Below, one piece after another: positions 24,645-38,934 of a stretch of 64,000 nt of DNA (its first letter is position 1; each line of letters begins with the position of its first letter). The position numbers and the translations under genes are program-made. This DNA comes from Camelus dromedarius (taxonomy: Eukaryota): positions 42,906,001 to 42,970,000 of the forward strand of contig NC_087437.1 of the NCBI RefSeq assembly GCF_036321535.1. The letters are read 5' to 3'. Below the pieces are notes generated by a model, which was given only the letters and a program-made list of their open reading frames with translations, was not told the origin of the DNA and did not search any database.

Positions 24645-25515
24645 TACTTTTGGCTATGAGGCAACAGAAAACCTGGCTCACAGCTGAATAAGCAAAAGAG
24701 TGGATTATCTCACATAATAAGAAAATCAGGAGAAGACAGTTACTTAAACATTTAAACAAGGGATCAGGCTTCGTCTGTCATCTTGGTGCTTTCCTTCTTG
24801 TGGTCGTAAGACCACTGCTCTGCTTCTGCCATCTTGCCTGCTTTCTAGGCCCAAAGGAGGGGGCAGAAAAAGAGAACAAAGGGTACTCTCGCTCAGGATT
24901 TCTCACCTTTGGCACTGCTGTCATTTGGGGCTCATAAGGCTTTGTCTTTGTTGTGAGGGGAGTATCTTGTACATCGTAGGATGTTCAGCAACGTCCCTGG
25001 CCTCTTCTCACTAGATGGCAGTAGCACACCCCACCCACTCACCCACACAGCTATGACAACCAAGACTATCTCCAGACGTTGCCAAATGTCCCTTAGAGGT
25101 AAAATCATCTTGGGCTGAGAACATGAGAATGATTACTCTAGAGTCTGAAGGAAGGAAATTCCCTGTTTCCTCCTTCCCTTTTGCTTTGCAGTGGTGGTGA
25201 GGATCTGTTTGGTTTTTGCTGAATAAACAGGAGAGGGCTCTTTATGAGATTAAGAAAAAGAAAAGGAAGGAGAGGAAAGGGCCAGATAAGCCTTCTCCTT
25301 GAGCATTTTGTCTTTTTTTTTTTTTTTTGTGATGTGGACATTCTCCCCGTAGACTTCCATACTTGATAGAATTGTGTCAATTCGCCACTTCTATGTATCT
25401 GAGAGGTTGGAAAATGTGTTTTTCGTGTGGCATACCGCTACCTTGGAGAAAATCAGAAATCTGTGAAAAAGATGGGTAAATGGATTTGGGCTTGGAAACT
25501 AAAAGTGTTTGCCAC
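24645..25515 (-). mobile_element. Old MLT1 LTR (K-N type), interrupted by MER20
   Basis: ttttggctatgaggcaacagaaaacctggctcacagctg...tctcacataataagaa; distal end aatggatttggg...aaagtgtttgccac. Confidence 0.6.
24894..25125 (+). mobile_element. MER20 hAT-Charlie DNA transposon
   Basis: caggatttctcacctttggcact...taggatgttcagcaacgtccctggcctc...ctagatggcagtagcac...tgacaaccaa...tctccagacgttgccaaatgtccc...tgagaac. Confidence 0.9.
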
Positions 25516-28194
25516 TTTTACAGAATAAATAGATGTGTAAAATTTACCCAAATACTTCAGAAAGGAGAAAAAGTAAAGAAAAAGTGAATAGCTATGTCGA
25601 GGGTAGATGTATTTTTTTCACATGCTGAATATTGATAAAATAACTATGATAATACTGTGATTTTATTTTTTCTCTGGATGATAGTTTACTTGGAAGATAA
25701 CTGGGCAGAATGAAGGCATCTTGCTCATCTTTTTTTTTTTTCGGTCAGACAGCACCCCATCTCCTCCAGTCTATTGAATAAAGCAATAAAGTTTTCTATT
25801 CATACTTATAAATTAGGTAGTGGTCAGTCATGTGAGAACTGTTGTCAAAGGAAATAAAGATGCAGATCTTTTGTTTTAATACTCCTTCCTAATGCTTATA
25901 TAAAGAAAGCACATGCCCATGATGGCATTTGGTAAAATAATGGTTTCTTGTGCAGGTGTGTTAGCATGGATTATAGTAGCTTTCAGTTAGGTTTACCTCA
26001 GCATGGTAAAAATAAAAGTACTATTGGACACCATCTTAAGGAAGAATTCTGCCTTACAGAGATACATCAATATTGCTGTGATGACCAATGATCTTATCTG
26101 ATTGATTACAATTTTTTCTATGCGTTTGTTGAGTGCCAATTTTTGCTCAGGTCTGTGTTGAATATAGAAATATGAAATATGGTGTCTGTTGTGAAACCTT
26201 TGTGTGCAAGCAACAGAAAAACCAATTAACAATCTAAATATTAAAGACTTCCATTATCTCTCAGAACAAAGATTCTGAAGGTCTACTGGTCCACAGTTGG
26301 CTAACTCAGCAGTTCAGGGATGTCAGGGATCTGGGACTGCTTTGCTGTAATCCTCTTGGCTCTTCATTTTGGAAACAAGATAAACAACATGACTTACCAC
26401 AGAGCTAAACACCACCCCTTCAGACAGTTCCACCCAAAGCAAAAAGAAGAGAGGAAGTCTTCTCATGGAAATGTCTCTTTTAATAAAAAAGGACATTTTT
26501 TCCGCAGATGCTATCAGCAGACTTCCCTTTATGCCTGGTTGACTAAAACTATGACACATTCCACTCCTAAACTAATCACTTGCAAAGAGATAATACATTG
26601 CATGACTGGTTTTGATCAATCATGGTCCTTCCCCTGGGGCTGGGGGAGAGGTCTGCTTTCCCTGTGGACATGCAGTGTCACACTTAAACCAAATCAGAGC
26701 TCTTGTTAACTGACAGGAAGGAGGCAATAGCTGTAACCTAGGGTACCTAATAGAGTGTGCCATAGACATCATGCCATTTCCACCTCAAAGTTCTTATCAT
26801 ATGGAATGTCTGCATTAGAAGTAAATGCACATAGAAACACACACAAGAATCAAATGGTCTTAGGATCTGTGGATATAAACTGTATACATGTCAGGCTGTG
26901 TGCTTCTGATGTAGAATAATTGCTTTCATGATGTTTCTGAGGTTTTTTTTTTTTTTTTTTTTTTTTTAAACAAGGAAAGCTTTCTTTTCTTTTTCTTTTC
27001 TTTTCTTTTTTGGTCTGATATTATGGAAGCTCAAGGCCAGTTTTGTGTTCAGTTGAAAAAGGGGTCCTTACTCATCTCCTTTTACTTTGCCTCATTATTT
27101 GAACCCATTTTTAAACTTAAACTCTACTTCAAGATTTGATTGTATTTGAGCTTTTTAGCATAAGCTACTTCAAATTATTTTTGGAAGGAGGAAGAATATA
27201 TATGTACATGTATACATACCTGTACAAAAACTGAATACTGTCATATATCACTCAATAAATTTTTTTTTCTTGGATAAATATATGTTGAAGAATTAGATAG
27301 TATTGTGTGAAATAAACTCTGAATTATGCTCCCATCAACATGTGCAGTAGGATTTCAGAGAAAAGAGGTGCCAGTGATGCCTGAATCATTTTGTTGGAGA
27401 TACACGTCGTAGTTTGCAGACAGATGGGAAACTAAGTCAGGGCAGGTGGAGAAAGTATAGCTGAAGTCGTTATGTATATTTTGCTCTATGATCAGATAAC
27501 AGTTGTTCTTCAACTTTTTTACTCTCTATCCTTTGAATTTCAATAACCACACTTCTACCCTGTAAGTTTCTTCCCGATTTAAAGGGGCAATTAAGCATTA
27601 ACACCAAAGTCATAATGTAAAAGAACCTTGAACTCGAAAAGAATGGATTTGATTTCTCTCTTTGTTTCAAAGCAGATTGTCTGATGGACATTGGCAGCCT
27701 TCTCGGTTTAGCTCCAGCATTTCAAGATGTCTGTTGAGTCTCGTCTCCCCGTCGCCAGTGCTCTATTTTCAGGCTCCAAGCCTGAAGCAGTTTGCACCAC
27801 TGCAGCCTCCCCTGGCCTGGGCTCCTTGCCTCCAGGGGAACTGATGTTTGAATCAAACTTGAAACAATAATTAGTAACTCCCTCTGTGTTTGGGGTCAGA
27901 AACAGATGCATCTCCTTTTTGTTTTAAGAAGGCATATTTGAAAGTGGAAACATAGTGAAATTGGGTTTTAAATAGTCCACATTGTAGTGAGCACGTTTGT
28001 ATCAAGTAAAGACCACCAGGGCAGTATGTGTTCTAGGCATCTACCTGACCTCATCTCCACTGGGCCTGGCAGTATCTTGTACTTCAGCATATCCACTGTG
28101 AAATAATTATTGTTCACAATATTGACCCTAAGGTACTACAAGTTCCTGAAGCTTCTCTTAGGGGATACAAAGTTTAATTATATTAAATATTTTA

Positions 28195-28882
28195 AAGTAT
28201 TTCATTTAAACTAAGGAACCACTGATTATGGGGCACATCGTTATTTTTCGTATGCCTTAGAGAAAGGGAACACCCCAATTAAATTGTTAAGTGATGCTTT
28301 TCAACCACTTAGCACTTTATACTTTAATAAAGAACAATTTAGACTTAAGTAGATGTAGATTTTTCTAATACGTTAATCTTGTGCATGTATAAAAAGTACA
28401 ACATTAATAAACACATTGGTTTAAGAATTCAAAAAAATTTGTTCTATTCAGATTTTCACTCTTTTGAATCATTTTTTTTTATTCAGATCCATAATCATAT
28501 CCATGTTTTTCCTGACAACAGTCTGTGTGTGTTGGTGATGTACCTTTCTTAAGAGTACTTCATGATTGTCTTTAGAATTTCGTTCTAAGCAATTGATATC
28601 TTCTGAAAGGTTGGATGCTGGTGTTTTGTTGATCTTACTAGAATGTGACAATGGAAGATTTTCAGACACCAACAAGATCTTATATTCTTCCTTCCTTAAA
28701 TTGCCCTGAAATGTCAGGAGTGGTGGTTGTCTGGTCACGGCGAGAGAAATACAACCAATTTTCACAAAGTCAATAGCAACCATGCCTCCGCTTCTGCTTG
28801 GCTATAAGGAATTGTAAAATGCATCCTGATTTCATAGATGTTATAGGTTGGGAAAAAATGTATCAGAGTCAATGAAATATGG
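28195..28882 (-). mobile_element. TcMar-Tc2 (Kanga-like) DNA transposon with transposase remnant
   Basis: TIR-like ends gtatttcat... / ...aatgaaatatgg. Minus-strand ORF 28469-28783 contains LRKEEY..LLVSENLPLSHSSKINKTPASNLSE, resembling the pogo/Tc2 transposase C-terminal region. Confidence 0.75.
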
Positions 28883-29099
28883 CAACTATAATGATACATA
28901 GGTCCTCATTTTTAAAGAAGCTAATGAAATAATGGTAATCAATTAGCCAAACTATTTAATCTCTAAGCTTTGGGATAAGAGAGAATACTACATATTTCTT
29001 AGAGAGTATCATTAGAATCTGATTCTACCCTTTTTTAATTCTCTACTTACTCTCTCAGTTTGCAATAAATAAAATGTTGCTAGTCTTCTAGATGGGTAA

Positions 29100-29280
29100 T
29101 GATAGGATGAAAAAAGCACAAGAGTAGGAATCAAGAGACCTATGTTTGTGAGCAGACTTCTAATCATTATCTGTGTCACTTCCTGTAATTCACTTCATCT
29201 CTCTGGGTCTTGATTTCAGTGTTTAAAATGTATAGCTGGACAAATTGAAATTAAATGTGTCTTCTGGCTCTCAGAACTGT
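29100..29280 (+). mobile_element. MIR (MIR3/MIRc-like)
   Basis: aggaatcaagagacct...ctgtgtcactt...tcacttcatctctctgggtct...ctggac. Confidence 0.6.
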
Positions 29281-30479
29281 TTTGGGTAAAGATAATAATA
29301 AAGAATGTTCAAAATATAAGCTGATATTATACAGATACATAGAGATATGTTACTCTAAACTGGTAAACTTTAAGATATATAATATGTATTATATAGCTTT
29401 AAGATTTTATAGGTTTTGGGAGGTTTACAAATACATAATCTTATTGGTTCTTTAAAACAATTGTGAGCAATGCAGAGGTTCAAAAGAATAGAGTTAGGAT
29501 TGAGGACCCTTCTCCTCAAACATACTGGAATGGAAAGATTACCGAATAAATTAAAGCCAAATAAAGGATGTAGAAGTGGGAAGAGGCAAGGAGAAAGTGC
29601 GTTTTCCATCAAGAACAAAGAAAACTTCCATGAGGAATTAACTATCACCATATATAAATGTTCTACTTAAAACAAGAGTCATCAGTAAAAAGTAAGAGAA
29701 AATTGGCAGGTAAAAATGAAGTTTCTTTCTTTCTTTCTTTCTTTTTCCTTTTTTTTTTATCACTCCTCAACCATATACCACTCATTTGAAAAGAGATGAG
29801 AATAGGAAGAAGAGGAGTCTCAGGTTGGATCACTTAGATACTACTATTTGTGGATGTATCTTGACAGTTCTTACTGTGCAATTCCACAGACAACAGTGTT
29901 TCCTCTCTGTATTGTATTTGAAAATTGCCACTGCTCTCCAGTGTCCAGAAAGCTGGGCACTTACTTTCTGATGAATAACAAGCTCTACAGAGGTGCGCCC
30001 TCTCCTTTCTCTCATTGGTGCTGTGGTCACCACACAGAAAACATGACGCTACCTCTTACCTACCGATTTTGCTGTAAAAGTGGGTAGATTTATACAGCAT
30101 GAGGAAACCTTTCTTTATTAGTTTTTTTGGCTAGATATCCTCTTTTAATACAATTAGAGTATGGAAATATGTAAGATAGAGATATAATATTGCTGCAGGT
30201 TAGTAGATTTTTATTGAATAATTAACTAAATTATTTTAATCCTCTACTTAGGTCCCTTTGTCCATAAGAAAAAAATTCGAGATGCCAGTATTGAAGGTGG
30301 AGAGTATTATTTACTGGCTCAGAGTCTTAGATCATAAAATAGGGTGTTGAGATTATATTTACATTACAATCACCTTTTTAATGACTAAAAGGGAGAAACA
30401 GCATAGTTTTTGACTCCAGATGATCTATAAAAAATAATAATTCATTTTTAAAGCTTTCAATAAGTATCCAATGGTATTT

Positions 30480-30635
30480 CCAGCTGAGGGCCATAATGGG
30501 TTTTTCAGACAGTTATAGGCCAGCCTCCTCAGATTTCAAGTGACAAAACTGAGGCTGAGGTAAGAAATGGCTTGTTCAATATATACAATGATAGAGGTTG
30601 GGCTGGAACATCCCAATCCACATGTGACACTTTCA
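30480..30635 (-). mobile_element. MIR (MIR3-like)
   Basis: tgacaaaactgaggctgagg...tggcttgttcaa. Confidence 0.5.
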
Positions 30636-33600
30636 TGCATCAGTTTTACATACAGGGCAGTATACATGTATTACATTACGTACATATATATATGTAATAC
30701 ATATGCCAGCATCATGTATGATGTATATCTGTGATTAAAGAATTATTATTTTAGAAGTACAGGCAATAATTGCCAGAAGATAGAAGGAAGAGAGCTTTAG
30801 GAAGGTTCAGTGAAGAAAGTGTTACTTGAAGGAGATTGGGGTATGAATAAACAGAGAAGAGGGAGGAAAGCATTGCTTGAACAAAAGCAATACAAATTAA
30901 GACTAGGACATATTACAGAGGGAACTGTTCAATCTAGACTTTTTCAAAAGAAAAAAGGCAAAAGCAAAACCAAAAAAACACCAACCCACACTGAGAAATA
31001 TTGTGGGAAAGAAAAAAAAGATACTCATTGAAAAAATACGTCTCATTCTATGTACAGTAGTTTGGCTTAGGATCACTGCAGATCAGAAATGCCAATTATA
31101 TATTTATCCGGAGATAAACAGGTCCTTGGGAAAAACTGTTTCATATTACTCAGAAGAATAATTTCTTATTACTACCAGGTACTACCAATAATTACTCATT
31201 TCTACCAGAAAACAAATTCAGTTATTTAAAATGGAAATACAATTTTCTGAGCACATGGTAATGCATATAACTGATTGATACCAAATAAATTTGAAATCAT
31301 TTGATTGTATGTCATCAAATGAGATTCTTATCATAGCCTGCCCAGATGTTGGTTTCTAACCTGGGTACCTCTCCCCAGGAAGTACTAGAAACACTTTGCC
31401 TCCCCAAAAGTACCTTCTTTCCCATGCTTCCTTTCAGTATAATACTCCAGTCAGTCCTTTCAGCTCTGCTGATTACGGGACACTTACTGAAAATGTCCCG
31501 TTTGTCTAAGGGAGAGAGTCTCTGGTTGGTAGTAATCTGTCTTTTAACACCTAGCAGTCATCTTCATCGTCACTTAAAAAATTGTAACATTTCTAAGGTC
31601 TAAGAGGTGCAATTTCAAGTGAGAAATATTCCTCTGTTTCCACTAAATTGCACATGAAATCAACATGTCCCTCCTGACTTTCCTTGAATCCACTCTGTAA
31701 AAACAGCAGCTCATTTGGGGAACCGGTGGTTAGAATAACCAGCACCCAGGGAACAGGGAAGGAATCAGTCAGAAGAGCGTGAGCATGTTTTCTGTAGAAC
31801 TCCATAAACATGGTCATAATTTCTCACGAATCAGTGCATTACGACTCTGCCAGTCTGAAACACACTGGGAATAGTCCTGGTATTCAGCTCAGAATGTCAT
31901 TCCCTTACCAGTCTTCTCTACAACTCCAAAGAAGCATGAGGCTTCACAGAACTGTCTCTCCTCATGGGGTTCTGTCTGTAGCATGCAAACCTGTAAAGAA
32001 CAAGAGAGTGAAGTGATGCTGGTGTAGGGCAGAAAGAAGGCCCAGTCACTGGAATGAAGGATATCTGTATCAGGGAGATGTAGAGAATATAAAGAGCGTC
32101 TTTAAGTTTGCATTATCCTTTAAATCTCCTGCTCCACCCAAGCTTGCAAAACTGTAATATGTGTGTGTGTCTCTTATCTCCCTATCTGCCTGTCTGATTT
32201 AATTGAAAATTGTAGATGAATGCCTGATATCAGAAAGTATAAGAAACAAGTACTTTTCTTAGAAAGATTATTCATATTCCATATAATCGTTTGATGAGAA
32301 AGAAGGGAGACACTAAGAAATGTGTTCCTGGCCTCCAGGATTGCTGGATTAACACAAAATTAATTGTGTATTTTAACAAGAAATTAATCCAGCATCCATC
32401 TGTCTGTCTATATATGTTTTTCTTCTCCTCAGGAAGGTTATTTCTCCCTCACCATACCCATGACCCATGGCTCCTGACCCCTGTGACCTCTTCCATGGTT
32501 CCCTGTCTGTATCTAAAACCAAAACCCAAATTAAAGTTTTCCATTGTACCATGGGACTGTTGCAAAACCTCCTAACTATGAACTAGTACAGATATGTTTG
32601 CCTGAATTCCCCTTACCCGCTGCTGTATGTGATACTGGCTAAAATGGAGAAAATAAAAAATAGACAGATATTGATGAGGAAGCCCAGGAAGATCAGTTTA
32701 AACCAAGACCATGGCCAGTGAGATGAAGCCACTGTGTTCCTGCCAGGTGCTTACCAGGAGAATGATTTAGGGCGCTCGAGAGAGGCCAAGAGGCAATACT
32801 TCGAGAGGGTGGGGGTGTTGAGGAGCTGGGGCATGGGAAGGAGGCTGAAAAAATGGACAAGACTGAGGAAAATAAACTTATTCTGCCTCACTCTTTAGCC
32901 ACAAAGGTGATTCTGTTGCTAAGATTGTACTAAAATGTGTGATTCTGTGTTGTCTTCAACCTTTCTTTGATTTAATGTGTATGTCCAGAAGGGTTGATAT
33001 TGTCAAATTCATATGGCTGTTGTGGGATTAAATGAAATTATATAGCACATTTGACTGGTACATTAAAAAAAAAAAAGTCCCAAAGTGTTCTTATTACCAT
33101 GATAACCCTCTACAAGTACACACAACCACATTCTCTGCTGACTCAATAATAGCCATTTTGTCACACTTTTTTTTTATGTAGTAGGTCAGGTGCAATGCTG
33201 GGCACAGTGAAGAAGGCAAAGAGAAGTCAGATCCTGTCTCAGAGACCTTGGGGGTCTTTCTTTTTGCCCCGGAGCCTTTGAAATGAAACTGCAGAGTGTT
33301 CTACATCATTGTTTTGGCTAAGGCAAGGAAGATAGGGCTGTTTTTATTTTACAAGCACATGGAAGAAAGGATAAGCCATTTAGAATTGGTGAAATTGGCA
33401 GCTTTAAAAGAATTCAGGGACTCTATCAGCATTAGAATGTGAAAACATTTGAGTCATAGGCTTGCTAGGGAGTGAGTGTTTAATAGGCGCCTTTGTAAGA
33501 TCTCCAAACTAAGCTATATCATTTTCTATACATGCTTAAATCTCTTAATTACAAAGCAACTTTAATTATACATAAAGTATGCCTCTTCAATCATGTTTTA

Positions 33601-36600
33601 ATCACACATGAAAAAAAATTAAATTTATCCCAAAGTTATTTTCTGCGTTTCAGTTCTGATTTTTAAACTCTGGCATATTCTGTACCAAAAAATTGCATTA
33701 AGCTAATGTTTATGCTTGCACATAATCCCACACTTTCAAGGCAACACTTAAAATATTCAGAAGAGCTTCACAAGAGGGAGTAGTTTAATTCTGTTGTTGA
33801 CTCAGAGCCATTGTTCTTCACAGTTACAGCTCCGCTGGCATAGGCTACATATGGTCACTTGTTTCCTCAGTGTACAGAGTGATAATGCATTCACATTCGG
33901 GCTGGTGGTGGAAGCTATCTATGCTGTGCTTTAGAGAAACATATCAAGGAGGATGTGCTACCTCTTGGAGAGAAAGGAGAGCGAGATCAACACCGGCGAG
34001 CCCGCAGATTGCAGGTTGCTTTAGACTCATCACTGTGGCTTAACACTGTGGGGCCTGACCTAGGAGCCTAGATTTCAAGCATTGGCTGTCTGTGGGTAGG
34101 AATTCTGTTGAGAGAGCAGTTGTTGGAGACAACTCTGGATCGCAGCCATGGAAGGAGATTTTGCCAGCGTCCTCCCTGCTGCCATTCAAAGATGCTCTTC
34201 TGGAGTCTTCAGTTGCCTCTTGCAACAGACTATTTATGACTCCCGTGTTTGCTCTGATTACTACTGTGGAGGCCACAGATCAAAGTGGAGTCCAGGGCTG
34301 GAGACCAATGGCTGAGTGGAGGTCCATTAGATGTACTTCAGTAGTTTTTTGGGACATGAGCATTTTTAGCAACAAGAATGGGGGACTCTGGCCGGAGTTT
34401 AGTGAACATGAATTTTTTTTTTTTTAAACCTTTTGCAGTTCCCTTTGGTGTATATGAAGTGAAAGAAAAAAGGCAAAGGAAGAAATTGTGTCTATTCCCT
34501 TATCATAAGAGATACCACCCTTCATCTAATTTTACTCCAAGTGGAATTGTGTCCTGAGACATTCCTAATAATGCAGGCCTTCGGGGCTATGGCTTACCTT
34601 TCCCAGCAGCTAATCTGGTTTACATCCATGGCTGTGAATGAAAAGACAAATACTAGTAGCAGCACCAGAGGGAGCCACTTACACAGTTTTGTCTCAAGCA
34701 TCAGCAAAGCTGACACTAAGGCTTGAAATGCAGACATATTAAGATTTTATTGTATTTTCTAAAAAAGACTGGCAGAAAAGTTGATGATATGTAAAATCTG
34801 TTAGCAGCAATTCCAAATTATGGGACTAGTAGCAAACACTTCATTTCTCCCACTTGAAATATTTGCCAATGGTAATTGCCTGGCTGCGGTCCAGAAAGTA
34901 AATCATATTTCAAAATGTTAAATTGTATTTGGAGCAAGAGGTGTTCTCTCTGATCCTGCCATTGTCCCCTTGCAGAAAACTATTAGCAAGTTTGTATGTT
35001 TGAAACTTACTCCAGTTTACTGTTTTTGTAATGTAAATGATGCTACCAAAAATAAAGATGAAGAATAAAAGTCTAGATGCACATGCCAGTGCTCAAAGGC
35101 ATCCCCACACCCTCTTTCTCTCTGTCACACACACACACTCAAACACACACAAACACATGCACACATGTATTTGCGCTAGTGATTTTGTTGCAGAACAGTA
35201 GGAACAGTGTTGCTTTGAGGACATCAGGTAAGCTTGTCTTTGAGTGTCATGGTGGGGAAGAGAAGATCAGTACACGGAAAGAAAAACAGAAGCCACGTAA
35301 CTTTATTAACACACTGACCTTTTTTATGAAGAAATAGTCAAATGCATACAGTCTTGAGGATAGTGTCTTAAATACCACTCTGACAAAATATTTCAGGAAA
35401 ATGTATTGATTCCAACTGTCTGCTCTTGGAGGGGAGTTTTCTAGGTCTTCTGTTGTTCTATCTTTGCCAATTCTATCCCAATTCATAAAAACATTGGGAA
35501 GGGAGAATTGCTTCAGTTCTTTCAACAAAAGGACTTTATTCTTAATACTCCTCAGATCCCCCTTCTCAGCCCCTCCCCCAGCTTTGACAGCATCAGGTAA
35601 ATCTCATTATACACAGTCACAAGAAAGAATGATTCTATCAAACAAAGTGACCTCCACTGGCTCATGTAATGGCACTTTCTTGACCTGATTACAATAAAGT
35701 CGGCAGCGCATAATGCTGGCGATGAGTGCTTTCTTAGGTTCCTTTCCAGGTAACAGTCATTCTCTTCAAGACAGTACTTGATTGTTTGTGGTTAGTGCTA
35801 CAGACTGAAAAGGGAAAATGAGAGTGAAGGTTAGTTGCACTCGACTCCCTGGCAGTACTTACCCTTTGTTCTCTGTAGTGGACTTTCATTCTCTTCCTGC
35901 ATTGCCGCCCTAGCCAAACTGCCCTCCTGATAAATTGCTCGTATTTAGTCTATTTGTGAGGGAAGTGGTTGGGGGAGGGTAGTTGGCAGCATTTAATATG
36001 AACTGATCAAATATTCTTCTGCCTGTGGGACTTTAGTTGTACAAATTTGCCTCTGCTACAAAGAAGCTTGTTTTGTTTATTTTTTGGTTGTTTTATCTAC
36101 CTGTCTATCTATCCATCCATGCATCTGTCTATGTCATATTTCATTTTTAAAATAGTACTTCCCAGATTTGAAAGAGAGACCATTACTGAAGAAAGGGTCT
36201 ACAGAAATTTTGGAACTGTCAGAAGTCTGGCCGGTATCCATTAGTACTTCCTCAAGGAGCCTTGGCCCCCAGACGTCTAGAGAAGTTCTGGGCTGAGGCC
36301 TTGGGTCAGGTGGGAAGCCCTGGATCTAAAGCTATCAGATGAGCTGCTCACTCCATGGACAAGAAGGTAGAAAGAGATCTCTTCTCCCTGGGGAGAGGAT
36401 GAGGGAGAAAGCCGCGGTGGCAGGAGGCCATCGAAGGCAGGGTGTTTGGTGTGAGCTTTACACAGAGAGGGTGCTGCAGAGTGCCTCAGTGGCATTTTTG
36501 TACTCAGGTTCCACTGGGATATATCAGAACAGGAAGCCCAGAGAAAGGGGCATGTAGGACCTGAAATGGCCGTCCTCACACCTTGTTGTCCCTGAGCTGT

Positions 36601-36705
36601 GTCAGGCAGCACTGTGGTAGCTGTACCACTGGCTTAAGAGAAAGGGAGAGGAGTGCCTGAGCATTGATTTCAGTGTGAGAAAGCAGATGTTTATTATATA
36701 GTCCT

Positions 36706-37017
36706 TGTCCCATTCTCTCCGGGCTGCTGTCACAGAAATACCATAGACTGGGTAGGTCAAACAACAGAAAAGTTTTTCCCATACTTCTGGAGACTGGGAA
36801 GGCCAAGAACAAGGCACCAGAAGATTCGGTGTCTGGTAAGGGCTTCCTGGTTCATAGACAGCTGTCTCGTGGGGTCTTTTAACTAATTTCATTCCTGCGG
36901 GCTCCACTCTCATGACCTAATCACCTCTCAGAGGTTCCATCTCTAGATATCATCACTTTGGTGATTAGGTTTCAACATATGCATTTGGGAGGGACACAAA
37001 CATTCAGTCTGTAAGTA
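36706..37017 (-). mobile_element. MLT1A-type MaLR solo LTR
   Basis: gggctgctgtcacagaaataccatagactgggt...ctggagactgggaag...ctcatgacctaatcacctc...aggtttcaacatatgcatttgggagggacacaaacattcag. Confidence 0.9.
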
Positions 37018-38159
37018 GACTCTTGTCAATAGCATGCAAAAAACTGGGCAAGGTCAGAGGGCAGGGTGAGTAGAAGACCCAGTCCCTGCTCAGAAATGAT
37101 TAAATGGTTGTATTTGAATTAGACTGGTGAAGGAGCAATCTTCAGGCAGCTAGGATACCAAAGGAATTAAGGGATCAGCGTTTTTGTTTTTTGTTTTTGC
37201 TTTTCTTTTAATCTTCCCAACATTACAGTTATACTTTGTTTAGACGAGGGCACACGGAGGCTTCGGTTTGTCACCTCAGAGGGAAATCAGGAGCTTTAGA
37301 TAAAAAATTAGAACGACATTGTGTATTGTATTCTCCATGGTTATTTCTATCTTCCCCTATTTGTTTCCCTCTGTGATTAGCAGTTAAGCTCTTGAAAGGA
37401 AAAGGAGCTGCACACTTATGTCTTTGGGGAGAGCAAGGAAGGGGGATTTGGGGAGCAGTGTCTCACTTTGAAGTCAGATATGTTGGAGCAGGACCACAAG
37501 GGGTGGAGTGAGTGATGTTGAGAAGGCTGAAAATGTAGGGTCTAAAAAAGATAAACGGTAGGAAATAGGAAATCCGACTTGGGAAAGGATTCTGGGAATT
37601 AACGGTGGAGAGGCCCTAAGACATCCACATATGAAAAGCTCCATCAAAAAAGTCCACCTGGAACCCCTAAACAAATACACTGAAATAACTCACAGTGAGA
37701 TGCAGGAGACAAGGGGGACTGAAGGAGGAAACTGCAAAGTGAACAGGACTTTTTCTTGGTCTTTGGTTCAGTGTTTATCAAAGTCAGAATACTTGGAGCA
37801 TCTTGGAAATCACATTGGTTCTTCAAGCTAATTGTGGTTAAAGGGTGATTTCAAATACTTAGATTTACCATTCCTTCAAATAATTATAGTAACTCAATGG
37901 TGTATAGTTAAATTCTGGACCTTCAAGTAATGCTTTCAGCAGAACCTCTTGTCAGGTGCAAAATAGGCAAATTTACTGCTCCCTAGTACATAGGGATTTC
38001 TATTTAAATCTAAGGAGATGGCAGGGGTTGGGAGGGGGCAATAATTTAAGGCAATTGACAGGCATTATATCTCTTTCTCTGATCCTTATTTAATTTATTT
38101 TTTTAGTCCTTGACAAGTAGTTTAACAGGATGAGGACAAGTTTTGCTTGTTCCTAGAAG

Positions 38160-38680
38160 CAGTAGGATGAAAAAGAGCTTGATGCAGTGGGCAGTGCACT
38201 GGACTTAAAGTTGGATGATAGACATATGTAAGTTCTAACTTTGGTGGGAAGCTGCTTAACCTGGCTGAGTCTCAATGTTTTTACCCATCAAATGGAAAAG
38301 ACGCCATATCCTTGCCTGTTTTACAGAATAGTTGTAAGGATCACATGAGTCAAGATCTGAAAAGGCATTTTATACACTATTAAGCTCTATATGAATATAG
38401 GATACTGTTGAGTATAGCAGAGCAGAAGGCAGCATCCTTTAGTGGAGTCAGGCAGTGGAGTGATTCAAAGCAGAGGCCTCATGGTCAGAGAAATTCACAC
38501 ATTTCAGCTCTACCATCAAGTTACTTAGCCTCCTTATGCCTCAGTTTCACTATTTATAGAGAAAGATAAGGATAGCTCTAGCTTTGGAGCATTTCAAGGT
38601 GAAAGAATGTATGTAAAGCACTTGGTGCGGAGCCTGACAAATAAGGGGGCATAACTAAAATAAATATTAGCTGTTACTAG
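38160..38680 (+). mobile_element. Two tandem MIR copies
   Basis: tgagtctcaatgtttttacccatcaaatgg...gttgtaaggatcacatgag; agttacttagcctccttatgcctcagtttc...atgtaaagcacttgg. Confidence 0.7.
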
Positions 38681-38934
38681 GTGTGACTACTGTGGTTGGC
38701 TCTGCTGAGTTTATTTATCCTGGAAATGATAAACCTATGAACTTCACAGAAAGAGATCTTGAAGCCCAAGCATTATGTTTCTGTGTAACACTCACATCAG
38801 TTTATATGGTTATGTAGTTTGAAGTATCAAAGGGCTTAAATCTGTATATATTACGGCTAATGATGTACAGGAGGTACGTTTTTTTTTTTCACTTGGGGAA
38901 TTTGGTGACCCAGAATTTAGTGTTGTATTATTGG

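Noticed and set aside
30666..30702. 11-bp inverted arms atgtattacat / atgtaatacat
   Set aside because: Within a low-complexity TA/CA-rich patch where self-complementarity is expected.
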